From positions 1-30,866 of the IMG/VR virus record IMGVR_UViG_3300049138_000099: a DNA stretch of 30,866 nt; one strand, 5' to 3'. Source of the stretch: a virus (Duplodnaviria; Caudoviricetes). Below are positions 17,116 to 25,451 of this stretch, one piece after another. The translations under genes were made by a program, and so were the position numbers. The notes under the pieces were generated by a model that was given only the letters and a program-made list of their open reading frames with translations, did not search any database and was not told the origin of the DNA. Within the stretch, counting starts at the first letter, position 1. Each line of letters begins with the position of its first letter.

Positions 17116-18957
17116 GTGGCCGATATCCGCTCACACACGACCGCAGTGTCCGGGTCCGCATCGTTCACGATCGCCCGCCCGCCCGGCACCACCGAGGGCG
17201 ACACCCTAGTGCTCGCCTTCTTCAAGGACGAGGGCAACGCCTCGACGATCGTGACCCCGTCCGGGTACACGTCGATCGCCGAGCAGAACTCGGGGACCAC
17301 GTACACGCGCGGCAAGGCGTTCATCAAGGCGGCCGGCGGGTCCGAGCCGACCACGTACACCCTCGACAGAGGTACAGGCGGCAGCTCGTCGGCGGCGATC
17401 CTGATCTGCCTGGAAGGCACAGCGCTGCCCGCCGTGGTGGCGTCGGTGAGCGCAGGCACCGGCAACAACATCACCACCCCGTCCGTCACCCCGTCGTCCG
17501 CGAACGGTATCGAACTCCGGTTCGCCGCCGCCGACGGTGACGGCTCCGCCCGGACGATCACGCCGCCCGCCGGGTATACGGAGCCGACCGGCGCGGACGT
17601 CAATGAGAGCGGCTTCACGCACCTGGAAGCCGCCTACAAGGTGCTGTCCAGCAGCGCGGCGACCGGCACCCAAACGCACGTCGCGTCCGGCGCGATCACC
17701 TCCCGCGTCGGCATCACCATCTTCCTGCCGACCGACGGGGAGAGCGCGGAAGCCACCCTCGACACGGTCGCCGTCTCGGCCGCCGTGCCCGAGGCCGTCG
17801 TCACCGTCTCCGCCAGCCCAGACCTGGCCGCCGTGGCCGCGACCACGGCGGTGCCGGCCCCTGGCCTGTCGGCGGGCGCCGGAGCCAACCCGGCCACCGT
17901 GGCAGCCACGGCCGCCGTCCCCGCGCCGAGCGTGACGACCCAGGACGTCGAGATCGTCACCCCGACGACTGTCGAGGTGATGGCCGATGTACCCGATCCG
18001 GTGGTCAGCGCTAGCGCGAACGCCACCCTCAACACCATCGAGGCGATAGCGGCCCTGTACGGGCCCGACATCTCGGCCGGCGCCAGCGTCACCCTGGCCA
18101 CCATCGCGGTGCTGGCGGACGTCTACACACCGTCGACGGCCGTGCCCGTCCTACCCGGCGACCAGATCACCCGGCCTGGCCAGATCGAGTGGAACGGTTT
18201 CCTGTTGGGGGCTGGCACCCCGTACAGCTGGCAGGAGCTGCAGGGCTGGACGGACAGCGCCCCGTTCATCAGCGGGAACGTCGAACGGTCCGATAGCAGC
18301 GGCTCGTATCCGGGGCGGCCGTACCAGGCCGAGCGCGCCATCAACTGGTCGACGTTGCTTCAAGCGCCAAACGGCCAGATCGGCCAGATCGTGCACGACC
18401 TGGTGATGGCCACCGGCCCAGCCCAGACCGAAGACGAGGGATGGTTGGTGGTCTGGGATTTCCAGGACCTGCAACCGTGGCTGGTACGCGCCCACCTGGC
18501 CGACCGCCTCCCAGGCCCGATCAACCGCCAGATCCTGTTGGGCCTGATGCGCGGCGCCCTGCAGTGGATCGCCTCGGATCCGCGCAGATATGACCCCATC
18601 CGGTCCAGCTTGACGATCCCCAAGGACGTCGAGACGTCGATCCTCAACAACGGCAACGACAATACGCCCGGCGAGTTCCGCTTCCCCGGGCCGGTCGTCG
18701 GCGTCCAGCTGGAGAACGTAACGACGAACCGTGTGGTTGCGTTCGATACCACGGTCGCCGAAGGCGAAACCCTCGTGGTCGACGTCAAGGAGGGCACGGC
18801 AGCGATCGGCGACGTCAACCACCTCAACGACCTCGTAGAGGGCTCGGCCAGCGTGCAGGACATGGTGTTCGATCCCGGCGCCAACACCCTCATCTGGACG
18901 GCCGATAGCGGCGGTGACGCCGGCATGGAGACGTTCTGGCGGCACGCAGTTAGCTAA
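17116..18957 (+). CDS. Minor tail protein: N-terminal beta domain, six ~22-aa repeats, then a distal tail (Dit)-like domain, 613 aa
   Basis: C-terminal half has QIEWNG, LQGW, QWIASDPRRY, NNGN..TP, GP...LEN, LVVD and PGANTL motifs typical of Dit. Confidence 0.75.
   Translation: MADIRSHTTAVSGSASFTIARPPGTTEGDTLVLAFFKDEGNASTIVTPSGYTSIAEQNSGTTYTRGKAFIKAAGGSEPTTYTLDRGTGGSSSAAILICLEGTALPAVVASVSAGTGNNITTPSVTPSSANGIELRFAAADGDGSARTITPPAGYTEPTGADVNESGFTHLEAAYKVLSSSAATGTQTHVASGAITSRVGITIFLPTDGESAEATLDTVAVSAAVPEAVVTVSASPDLAAVAATTAVPAPGLSAGAGANPATVAATAAVPAPSVTTQDVEIVTPTTVEVMADVPDPVVSASANATLNTIEAIAALYGPDISAGASVTLATIAVLADVYTPSTAVPVLPGDQITRPGQIEWNGFLLGAGTPYSWQELQGWTDSAPFISGNVERSDSSGSYPGRPYQAERAINWSTLLQAPNGQIGQIVHDLVMATGPAQTEDEGWLVVWDFQDLQPWLVRAHLADRLPGPINRQILLGLMRGALQWIASDPRRYDPIRSSLTIPKDVETSILNNGNDNTPGEFRFPGPVVGVQLENVTTNRVVAFDTTVAEGETLVVDVKEGTAAIGDVNHLNDLVEGSASVQDMVFDPGANTLIWTADSGGDAGMETFWRHAVS
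17749..18147 (+). repeat. Six degenerate ~22-aa repeats (AxxAxVPxPxV..A) within the Dit fusion
   Basis: EATLDTVAVSAAVPEAVV / SPDLAAVAATTAVPAPGL / GANPATVAATAAVPAPSV / IVTPTTVEVMADVPDPVV / NATLNTIEAIAALYGPDI / SVTLATIAVLADVYTPST. Confidence 0.75.
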
Positions 18958-18969
18958 GGGGGTGGTGGC

Positions 18970-20787
18970 ATGGCCTCGATCGCAGACCCGCGGCACGTCA
19001 GCGTCACCCCCATCGGGGACTTCGATGTGGTGGACGCCCCCGACGGCGTGCAGCCCGGAGACATCCTTCTGGCCTGGGTAGAGACGACCGGAGACGTCGG
19101 CGACATCGACCTCACCGGAGGCTCCCCCTGGGTCCCGCTCGCGGAGAACACCAGCGAGTTCGACACCCGCCTCTACGCCCAAGTGGCCGGCCCCACCAAC
19201 CCGACCCGGTACAGGGTCGAGCTCGGCGACGGTGACTTCGGCATGGTCGCGCTCGCGCACCTACGCGGTGCCACACTCGCCGAGATCGTCGTCGAATCCA
19301 CGAGCGGCGGCTTCAGATCCGGCGGGGTCCCCTGCCCGGCCGCAGAACCCGGCATCGCAGGTGGCGTCGAGATTCGCGTCGCGCTCGCGTACAACGCGTC
19401 TGTCGACATCGAATTCGGCGGCGGCTACACGCACCAGGACCAGGCGGTCGATGAGGGCGACGCCATGTATGTCGGGGCCCGCACCGCACTGTCGTCCGCA
19501 GACCTGCCGCAACAGGTCATCTCCACTACCTTCGCACTCGTCAGCAGCTGGCAGGCGTGGACTGTCATCGTCACGCCGGCCGACACGGTGCCGGCGCCGC
19601 CGCCGGTGCCCGCGTTCGCCGTCCGCGGTCGTGCGTTGTACCGATACACCGCGCACGATCTGCTGACCGGCCAGTACATCGACGACCTGTACCCGCGTGA
19701 CGTCGAGTATCGAAAGAAGCTCCGCGAGCCAGGCAGCTTCAGCGGGTCGCTGCCGATCCCCAACAGCAGGGTCGCGCGCGCGGTCCGCCGCGTCATCCCC
19801 AAGGTCCGGTCCGATCTCACCACCGGGCCGGGCCGGGTCGAGATCCGCATCTGGCGAGGCGGCGATCTGTGGGGCCGTTACTGGCTGACCGGCTCCCAGC
19901 TGACCAGGGGCCGAGACGGCAAGATCAGTATCACGCTGCGCGGATCCACCTTGGACGCTTACTGGTACTCCCTCAAAATCAGGGCCACCCTGGACGGCTC
20001 GGACGACGAGCAGATCGCTAACGCCCGCGCTTTCCTGGGCTTCGCCCTGGCCTCGGCGGACGCTGAGGGCCTCAATATCACCTTCCAGTCTGGGTCGAGC
20101 GGCGTGTTCCGGTCGTTCACGGCCAAACCTGAGGACAACACGAGCTTCGGTCGCGCGATTGAGGAGTACAGCAAATCCGAGAACGGGTTCGAGTACTTCT
20201 TGGCGGAGGGCGTGGACGAGACGGGTGTGGTGTCTACCTGGCGGTGGGCGAGTCCGCGGTTCGACACCGGCGTTAGTCACGTCGTCAGCAGCAGCCCGCA
20301 CGGCGGCGACATCGCCGAGTACGGCATCGGTATCGATGCGCTTCGCGGTGGGACGGACTGGAGGGCACGCGGCGGCACCATCCAGTTCGACGTGACCGAG
20401 GACAGCTTCGCGCTCTTCTCTGACCCGGTCGAGACACCGCATCGGGACGCGGGCTGGCCCAGGATCGACCACCATGTTGATCACCCCACGCAGTCCGTCG
20501 ATGCGGACGAGCTCACCGAGCTGGCGGAGTTCTACGCCGAGGTGGCCGGCGGCGCGCTCTGGGTCCGCACCGTGACGGTCATCCTGCCGCTGAGACCGAC
20601 GCTGAACATGAACAGCCTCGGCAACCGGGTGCGCATGCTGGTCACGGACGTGTGGCACGAGTCGGAGGACGGCGGCGCGGGATTGGACATCTCGGAGCGG
20701 ATCCTGGAGATCGTGGTCAAGACGCCGGGCCGCGGCCAAGGCCGCGAAGAAGTGACCCTCACTTTGGAGAGCGTGGAGGTGCCATGA
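18970..20787 (+). CDS. Minor tail/baseplate hub protein (Gp37-like) with extra N-terminal beta domain, 605 aa
   Basis: YRY...DLLTG, GSFSGSL, GFEY, GWPRID, LGNRV and EEVTLTL motifs; follows Dit. Confidence 0.75.
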   Translation: MASIADPRHVSVTPIGDFDVVDAPDGVQPGDILLAWVETTGDVGDIDLTGGSPWVPLAENTSEFDTRLYAQVAGPTNPTRYRVELGDGDFGMVALAHLRGATLAEIVVESTSGGFRSGGVPCPAAEPGIAGGVEIRVALAYNASVDIEFGGGYTHQDQAVDEGDAMYVGARTALSSADLPQQVISTTFALVSSWQAWTVIVTPADTVPAPPPVPAFAVRGRALYRYTAHDLLTGQYIDDLYPRDVEYRKKLREPGSFSGSLPIPNSRVARAVRRVIPKVRSDLTTGPGRVEIRIWRGGDLWGRYWLTGSQLTRGRDGKISITLRGSTLDAYWYSLKIRATLDGSDDEQIANARAFLGFALASADAEGLNITFQSGSSGVFRSFTAKPEDNTSFGRAIEEYSKSENGFEYFLAEGVDETGVVSTWRWASPRFDTGVSHVVSSSPHGGDIAEYGIGIDALRGGTDWRARGGTIQFDVTEDSFALFSDPVETPHRDAGWPRIDHHVDHPTQSVDADELTELAEFYAEVAGGALWVRTVTVILPLRPTLNMNSLGNRVRMLVTDVWHESEDGGAGLDISERILEIVVKTPGRGQGREEVTLTLESVEVP

Positions 20788-21068
20788 CGGCGGACCAGCT
20801 CGGAGTCAACCTGGAGCGGATGTTGAAAGACATGGAGAGGCGGTTGCAGAAGCTGGAAACCCAGGCGAGGACGAAGCCCGGCATACCGATCCCGCCGCCC
20901 CTGACAGCGGTCGACCCGGGCGGGCTCGCCGGCCTGACCACCCCGGATGACTGGCCCAGCAGCTACGACCAGACGTACGGCGAGCGGGTCCAGGACGACC
21001 TGGTGTCCCTGCGCCTGTACGCGATCTCGATCCGAACGTCCCTGGTCGACGGCCAGATCTTCATCTGA
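20784..21068 (+). CDS. Small tail-associated protein, 94 aa
   Basis: ATGA overlap, GGAGG RBS; N-terminal LKDMERRLQKLE coil typical of post-hub genes. Confidence 0.7.
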   Translation: MTADQLGVNLERMLKDMERRLQKLETQARTKPGIPIPPPLTAVDPGGLAGLTTPDDWPSSYDQTYGERVQDDLVSLRLYAISIRTSLVDGQIFI

Positions 21069-21077
21069 CCCCTGATC

Positions 21078-21120
21078 GTGGCCCCCGGCGGGCCGGGATG
21101 CGCTCCCGCCGGGTGGCCAC
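21078..21120 (+). other. GC-rich stem-loop between tail and lysis genes
   Basis: GTGGCC-CCCGGCGGG ... CCCGCCGGG-T-GGCCAC. Confidence 0.45.
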
Positions 21121-21144
21121 CCAACCGTACCGAAGGGAGGCGGG

Positions 21145-21489
21145 GTGACCGACCAGACGCCCGGCGATCTCCACCTGGCCCTCGCCAAACTGTCCGAAAT
21201 CACGGCCGTGGGGTTGGCCGAGATCAAGGGCCAGCTGGCCATGCTCATGCAGAGGGCGGACCACTCCGATTGGCGCATCGACGAGCTCGCCAAACGCGTC
21301 GACGCCGACCGCGGCACGGTCACCGCCCAGCACCAGCAGGTCGAGGCGCGCCTGGACGCGGTCGAGCGCGACGCCATCACCCGCCAGCAGCTGGCCGAGC
21401 GCACCCGCCAGATCATCGCCATCGTCGGTCTGATGGTCACCATCGCCAGCGTGCTCGTCACCGTCGTCCTGGCGCTCGTCCGCACATGA
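21145..21489 (+). CDS. Lysis-cassette membrane protein (coiled coil plus one C-terminal TM helix), 114 aa
   Basis: GGAGG RBS; hydrophobic C-terminus; directly upstream of the endolysin. Confidence 0.7.
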   Translation: MTDQTPGDLHLALAKLSEITAVGLAEIKGQLAMLMQRADHSDWRIDELAKRVDADRGTVTAQHQQVEARLDAVERDAITRQQLAERTRQIIAIVGLMVTIASVLVTVVLALVRT

Positions 21490-21510
21490 CCCCGACCTCA
21501 GGAGGCTGGC

Positions 21511-22293
21511 ATGGGCCAGATCATCACCCGCGCCGGGTGGGGCGCTGACGCACCCTCCCAACCGCTCACCCGCGTCGCCCACACCCGAGGCGTGAAAGTC
21601 CACTACACAGGCGGCTGGGTTGACCCGCGCATCGTCGACGACCACCGCGAATGCCTCGCGCTCATGCTGTCCATCCAGCGGATGCACATGTCCGGCGGCC
21701 GCGGCGAGAAATACAGCGACTTCGGCTACAACATGGCCGCCTGCTGCCACCGCCGCGTGTTCATCGGCCGAGGCCCCGGCTACGTGCCGGCGGCGAACGG
21801 GGCCGGCCTCAACACGGCGCACTATGCCGTGCTCGCCCTCGTCGGCAGCACGGGCTACGTCGTGCCGGACGACGACCTCCTGCACGCGATCCTCGACGCC
21901 ATCGACTACCTGCGCACACGGGGCGGCGCCGGCCCCGAGATCCGATGCCACCGAGATGGTTACGCAACCGCGTGCCCGGGCGACCGGCTCACGGCCTGGG
22001 TACGCCGTGGCGCTCCCCGCCCCAGATCCACTCCCCTGAAGTCCTGGACGGAGGACCTCGTGGACAACCTGCCCACCCTGAAGCCTGGAGACGTGCACCG
22101 GCACGTCAAGACCATGCGAGGCCTGCTGCACGCCCGCGGGTACGAGCCGCGCAACCTGCACTCGATGACCTTCGGCTACAGCGACGACGACCTGGAGGAC
22201 CTGGCCGCCCAGGTCAACGCCTTCAAGGCCAAGCACAAGCTGGCCAAGGACTCCATCTGGGGCGACGGCTGCTGGCGAGCCGCGCTCTCGTAG
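21511..22293 (+). CDS. Endolysin, N-acetylmuramoyl-L-alanine amidase (PGRP/Amidase_2) with peptidoglycan-binding domain, 260 aa
   Basis: IITRAGWGA, VHYTG, DFGYN, HRD..ATACPG zinc ligands; C-terminal LPTLKPG...AQVNAFKAKHKL..DSIWG. Confidence 0.92.
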   Translation: MGQIITRAGWGADAPSQPLTRVAHTRGVKVHYTGGWVDPRIVDDHRECLALMLSIQRMHMSGGRGEKYSDFGYNMAACCHRRVFIGRGPGYVPAANGAGLNTAHYAVLALVGSTGYVVPDDDLLHAILDAIDYLRTRGGAGPEIRCHRDGYATACPGDRLTAWVRRGAPRPRSTPLKSWTEDLVDNLPTLKPGDVHRHVKTMRGLLHARGYEPRNLHSMTFGYSDDDLEDLAAQVNAFKAKHKLAKDSIWGDGCWRAALS

Positions 22294-22421
22294 CCGTGCT
22301 CGACGAGCTGGTGCTGCTCTACCTGATGAGACAGCACGGCCTCGTGACCTGGAACGACGATCCAGGTCTTATAGTTTTCCGCCCTGGCTTGAGGGGCGGC
22401 GAATCCTCGAAGGAGGAGCCC

Positions 22422-22712
22422 ATGGCACTGCACACCCCCGACCGCTCGCCGTTCTCCGTCCGCTACCCCCTGCTCGTGCGCGGCGCGCTCGTGCTGCTGG
22501 TGATGGGGCTCGCCCGGCTGTTCATCGCGCTGGGCTGGATCCCACCCGAGTGGGCCCTTGAGGAGAAAGGCATCGAGCAGGCGTTCGACGGGCTGCTCGT
22601 CATCTGGGCCTGGTTCTCCAGTCAGCGGAAGGTCACTCCGGTGGCGGACCCTAAGGACGCCCACGGCCGGCCGCTCGTGATGGTGCAAGGGCGCGTCGAG
22701 CCGCCGTACTGA
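22422..22712 (+). CDS. Putative holin, 96 aa
   Basis: AAGGAGG RBS; two hydrophobic segments; RKVTPVADP motif; follows the endolysin. Confidence 0.7.
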   Translation: MALHTPDRSPFSVRYPLLVRGALVLLVMGLARLFIALGWIPPEWALEEKGIEQAFDGLLVIWAWFSSQRKVTPVADPKDAHGRPLVMVQGRVEPPY

Positions 22713-22728
22713 TACCCCAGACAGCAGA

Positions 22729-22766
22729 GCCCCCGCTCGGTCTTCGGACCGAGCGGGGGCCCTTTC
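22729..22766 (+). terminator. Intrinsic terminator ending the late operon (probably bidirectional)
   Basis: Perfect 14-bp stem GCCCCCGCTCGGTC/GACCGAGCGGGGGC with a cUUCGg tetraloop, between convergent genes. Confidence 0.9.
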
Positions 22767-22798
22767 GTCGTGCGCCGACGAGCGCTTCCCGCGAGCGG

Positions 22799-23974
22799 TC
22801 AGACAGCGGCGAACGAGCGCATCGGCCGGACCTCGGCCAGCTCGGCGCTGGCCTCCTGGCGGACCTCGGCCAGCACCGCGCGGGCGCGCTGCACGGACAT
22901 CTGGCCGCCCTGGGCTGTCACTGCCTCGGCTGCGGCCGGAGCCTTGATGTCCGGGTTGTCCTGGCAGGCGGCGCGGATGATCTCCCGCTTCTCCGCCGGG
23001 GTGAGATCGCCGCGCTGTGCCTGCTCAGCACGGGCCTGCCGCTCAGCACGGGCCTCGTCACGGGTTCGGCGCTCAGCCTCCTTACGCTCGGCCTCGGCCG
23101 CTTCGCGCTGGATGCGCTCCCGCTCGGCCGACCGCTGGTCAGCCGCCATCCGCTCGGCTGTGGCCAGCCGCTCGGCGCGCGCACGCTCGGCTTCCGCCCG
23201 CTCGACGGCCGCCGCTCGCTCGTGCTCGGCGCGCTCGGTCGCCAGGCGCTCGGCCTCCGCCAGCTCAGCCGCCGCCAGCCGCTCGCTCTCCACTCGCATG
23301 GCCGCTTGCCGCTCGGCCTCGGCAAGCTCGGCGGCCGCTTGCCGCTCGGCCTCCGCGCGCTCGGCCTTCGCGCGCTCGGTCGCCAGGCGCTCGGTCGACA
23401 GCCGCTCGGTGCGCGCTTGCTCGGCCGCTCGCCGTTCATCCGCTTCGCGCTCGATGCGTGCTTGCTCGGCCACTTGCCGATCGGCCTCCGCGCGCTCGGC
23501 CGCCCGGCGGTCGCGGGAGCACAGCGACATCAGGTGTACGAGCGCGCCGAGCGCCAGCGGCGGGATGATGCTTACTGCCACGACGAGTAACCACACCGCG
23601 TTGCCTGGGTTCACCACGCCACCTTCGATCAGGTGGTAGATGGCGTTTCCAAGCACACCGACGGCGATCGCGACGATGCCGTGAAGCATCGCCTGGCGGC
23701 GTGTCTCCTCGGAGTAGGAGCGATTGACGGCGATCCGCGTCGCGGTGGCGCCGTAGGCGTCGATGCACAACGGCACCAGCGGAGACAGCGGCAGGTCCCA
23801 GCCGAAGACGGCGACAGTGCCGAAACCGACGATGACGCCAAGGCCGGCCAGCGCGCTGAAGGAGAGCACCACCGCCGCGATGGTGACGACGGCCAGGCCG
23901 CCGATCTCGACCGGGTCAGGGCGGTTGGCGCGGCGGATTGGCACGGCGGCGGCCGCGCTCGTAAGGTGGGCCAT
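22799..23974 (-). CDS. DUF2637-like (Spd-type) membrane protein with long coiled coil and C-terminal helical domain, ~391 aa
   Basis: [22 protein letters not shown] and VSIIPPLAL four-TM pattern; AER repeats; GAGGA RBS before ATG 23974. Confidence 0.8.
   Translation of the reverse strand: MAHLTSAAAAVPIRRANRPDPVEIGGLAVVTIAAVVLSFSALAGLGVIVGFGTVAVFGWDLPLSPLVPLCIDAYGATATRIAVNRSYSEETRRQAMLHGIVAIAVGVLGNAIYHLIEGGVVNPGNAVWLLVVAVSIIPPLALGALVHLMSLCSRDRRAAERAEADRQVAEQARIEREADERRAAEQARTERLSTERLATERAKAERAEAERQAAAELAEAERQAAMRVESERLAAAELAEAERLATERAEHERAAAVERAEAERARAERLATAERMAADQRSAERERIQREAAEAERKEAERRTRDEARAERQARAEQAQRGDLTPAEKREIIRAACQDNPDIKAPAAAEAVTAQGGQMSVQRARAVLAEVRQEASAELAEVRPMRSFAAV
23030..23500 (-). 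repeat. Degenerate A-E-R coiled-coil repeats
   Basis: Exact 25-bp duplicate at 23229-23253 and 23370-23394; recurring AERLATERA and AERQAA peptides. Confidence 0.75.
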
Positions 23975-24166
23975 CTTGTTCGATCCTCTGGGGAAGGGGG
24001 GTCGTGCAGGGTGGGGCTCTTCCGGCATGGCTGTGCCGGGAGAGCCCTTTCGCGTGAAATGGGGGAGGCTACACCGCGGCGGCGCTCGGGGGGTGGAGGC
24101 GCGTCAGGCCGCCGAGGGCGATATGGCTGCGGGGTGGGGTCGAGGGGCCGGGGGCGGGCCGGCCGG

Positions 24167-24197
24167 GGCCCTGCCCCTGCCCTCCAGGGGCAGGGCC
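24167..24197. other. Perfect 13-bp GC-rich stem-loop in a G-rich intergenic region
   Basis: GGCCCTGCCCCTG / CAGGGGCAGGGCC, 5-nt loop. Confidence 0.6.
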
Positions 24198-24243
24198 GTC
24201 CCCGCCCGACGCGCCACCATTCGCAGGCGCCGCGCCGGGCAGT

Positions 24244-24519
24244 TCAGGGGTAGTGGCGGAACGCCTCGACGGAGTGGAGGAGCCTTGCCTGGCGCGAGAG
24301 CGCAGCGGCCAAGCTCGCGCCGTCGCTGCGGCGGACGCGCTGCAGCACGCCCAGGTCCGCCAGCTCCTGGGTGAGTGGAAGCCGGAGTTCGGCCACCCAC
24401 CACGGGCCGGTGTAGTCGTCGGTCTCGATGAGGATTTCCCAGCCGGGGAAGGTAGAGCGCAGCGCGTCCAGCTGGCGCGTCTGCTGGTCCTGCTCGGCCA
24501 CGGGGGTTGAGTCCGTCAT
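24244..24519 (-). CDS. Hypothetical protein, 91 aa
   Basis: ATGA overlap with the upstream gene; LRSTFPGWEI...WWVA motif. Confidence 0.7.
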   Translation of the reverse strand: MTDSTPVAEQDQQTRQLDALRSTFPGWEILIETDDYTGPWWVAELRLPLTQELADLGVLQRVRRSDGASLAAALSRQARLLHSVEAFRHYP

Positions 24520-24815
24520 TGAGGTGACCGTCCGCGTAGCTGCTCCTGCTCGTTCAGCAGGATCCTGAGGTCCTCGGCGGTGCCGGCCGACAGGGTCGGG
24601 ACGCAGCCGGAGGGCACGTCGAGCTCGGCCGAGCACGCCCACCATCCACGCTCGGCGGTGCCGAGAACGATCCAGTGCGGGTAGGCGAGTTTGAGCTGCC
24701 GCTGGACGGCGGCGGCGGTGTTGTCGGTGGCCGAGCGCTCCATGTTCACGTGACCACGCCAGAAGATCTGGGACAGCCTGCGTAGCAACCTGTCCGGCAG
24801 GGTGAGCGCCATCAC
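24516..24815 (-). CDS. Hypothetical protein, ~99 aa (probable paralog of the downstream gene)
   Basis: Coupled overlaps, AGGAG RBS; LKLAYPHWIV...WWA motif. Confidence 0.7.
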   Translation of the reverse strand: MMALTLPDRLLRRLSQIFWRGHVNMERSATDNTAAAVQRQLKLAYPHWIVLGTAERGWWACSAELDVPSGCVPTLSAGTAEDLRILLNEQEQLRGRSPQ

Positions 24816-25015
24816 GTCACTCCTGGGGGCGAGTCAGGGCAGGGAAGGACGGGCTGATGGCGCCGGGTGTCGACTCCGCCGCAGGGCACCCGGTCCAGGT
24901 TGTGGTCACGGGTCGCCAGGAGGTAAGGGCCAGTCGGCTGCGACATGATCGGCGAGCCGCAGCCGGAGCACATCGTGACGTCGGCGACGCCGGGCTTGCC
25001 CACCTCACCGGTCAT
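24812..25015 (-). CDS. Small Cys-containing protein (CxxC...C...H), 67 aa
   Basis: ATGA overlap with the ATPase-like gene; CSGCGSPI. Confidence 0.55.
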   Translation of the reverse strand: MTGEVGKPGVADVTMCSGCGSPIMSQPTGPYLLATRDHNLDRVPCGGVDTRRHQPVLPCPDSPPGVT

Positions 25016-25368
25016 GACACGGCCGCCACTTGCTTGGGCCGCCGGACCTTGGCTCCGGCGGTGTAGGTAGAGGCCGTCTCCGTGGTCTCCAGAGACCATG
25101 CGTGGCGGGAACACTCACTCCAGCCCGGCCCGTCGCCGTGGCTAGGCCCCTTGGACGGGGTACGCACCTCGATGCTCAGCTCGTCCGGCTCGGAGGTAGC
25201 GGCGATCTTGATACGTCCCCCGGCGGGGGCGCGAGCGATGGCGCTCCCGACGAGATCCCCGATGACCAGCGCAGCGCTCTCTGCCAGTTCCGGGCTGGCG
25301 ATGGCCCGGATCCAGGCGCGTGCGCTTTCCACGGCCTCGGGACCTGCGGGCAAGGTCTGTTCGTACAC
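25012..25368 (-). CDS. RsbW-like HATPase_c 'ATP-binding protein', degenerate, 118 aa
   Basis: LPAGPEAVESARAW...AALVIGDLV pattern; N-box Asn and DxG box absent. Confidence 0.7.
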   Translation of the reverse strand: MYEQTLPAGPEAVESARAWIRAIASPELAESAALVIGDLVGSAIARAPAGGRIKIAATSEPDELSIEVRTPSKGPSHGDGPGWSECSRHAWSLETTETASTYTAGAKVRRPKQVAAVS

Positions 25369-25379
25369 TGCAAGCCACC

Positions 25380-25445
25380 AATCATCATGTGATGATTTCA
25401 GTTCGTCTCACTATGCTTGCAAGCATCCTATGATGCTGTCAATCT
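25380..25445. promoter_or_regulatory. AT-rich divergent promoter/operator region
   Basis: Palindromes AATCATCA-TG-TGATGATT (25380-25397), ATGCTTGCAAGCAT (25413-25426) and AGCATC-CTAT-GATGCT (25422-25437); minus-strand TTGACA at 25437-25442. Confidence 0.7.
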
Positions 25446-25451
25446 GTTTGG

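Noticed and set aside
23030-23500. CRISPR-like or DGR-like repeats
   Set aside because: Repeats are in-frame coiled-coil codons with no spacers; no cas or reverse transcriptase gene in the window
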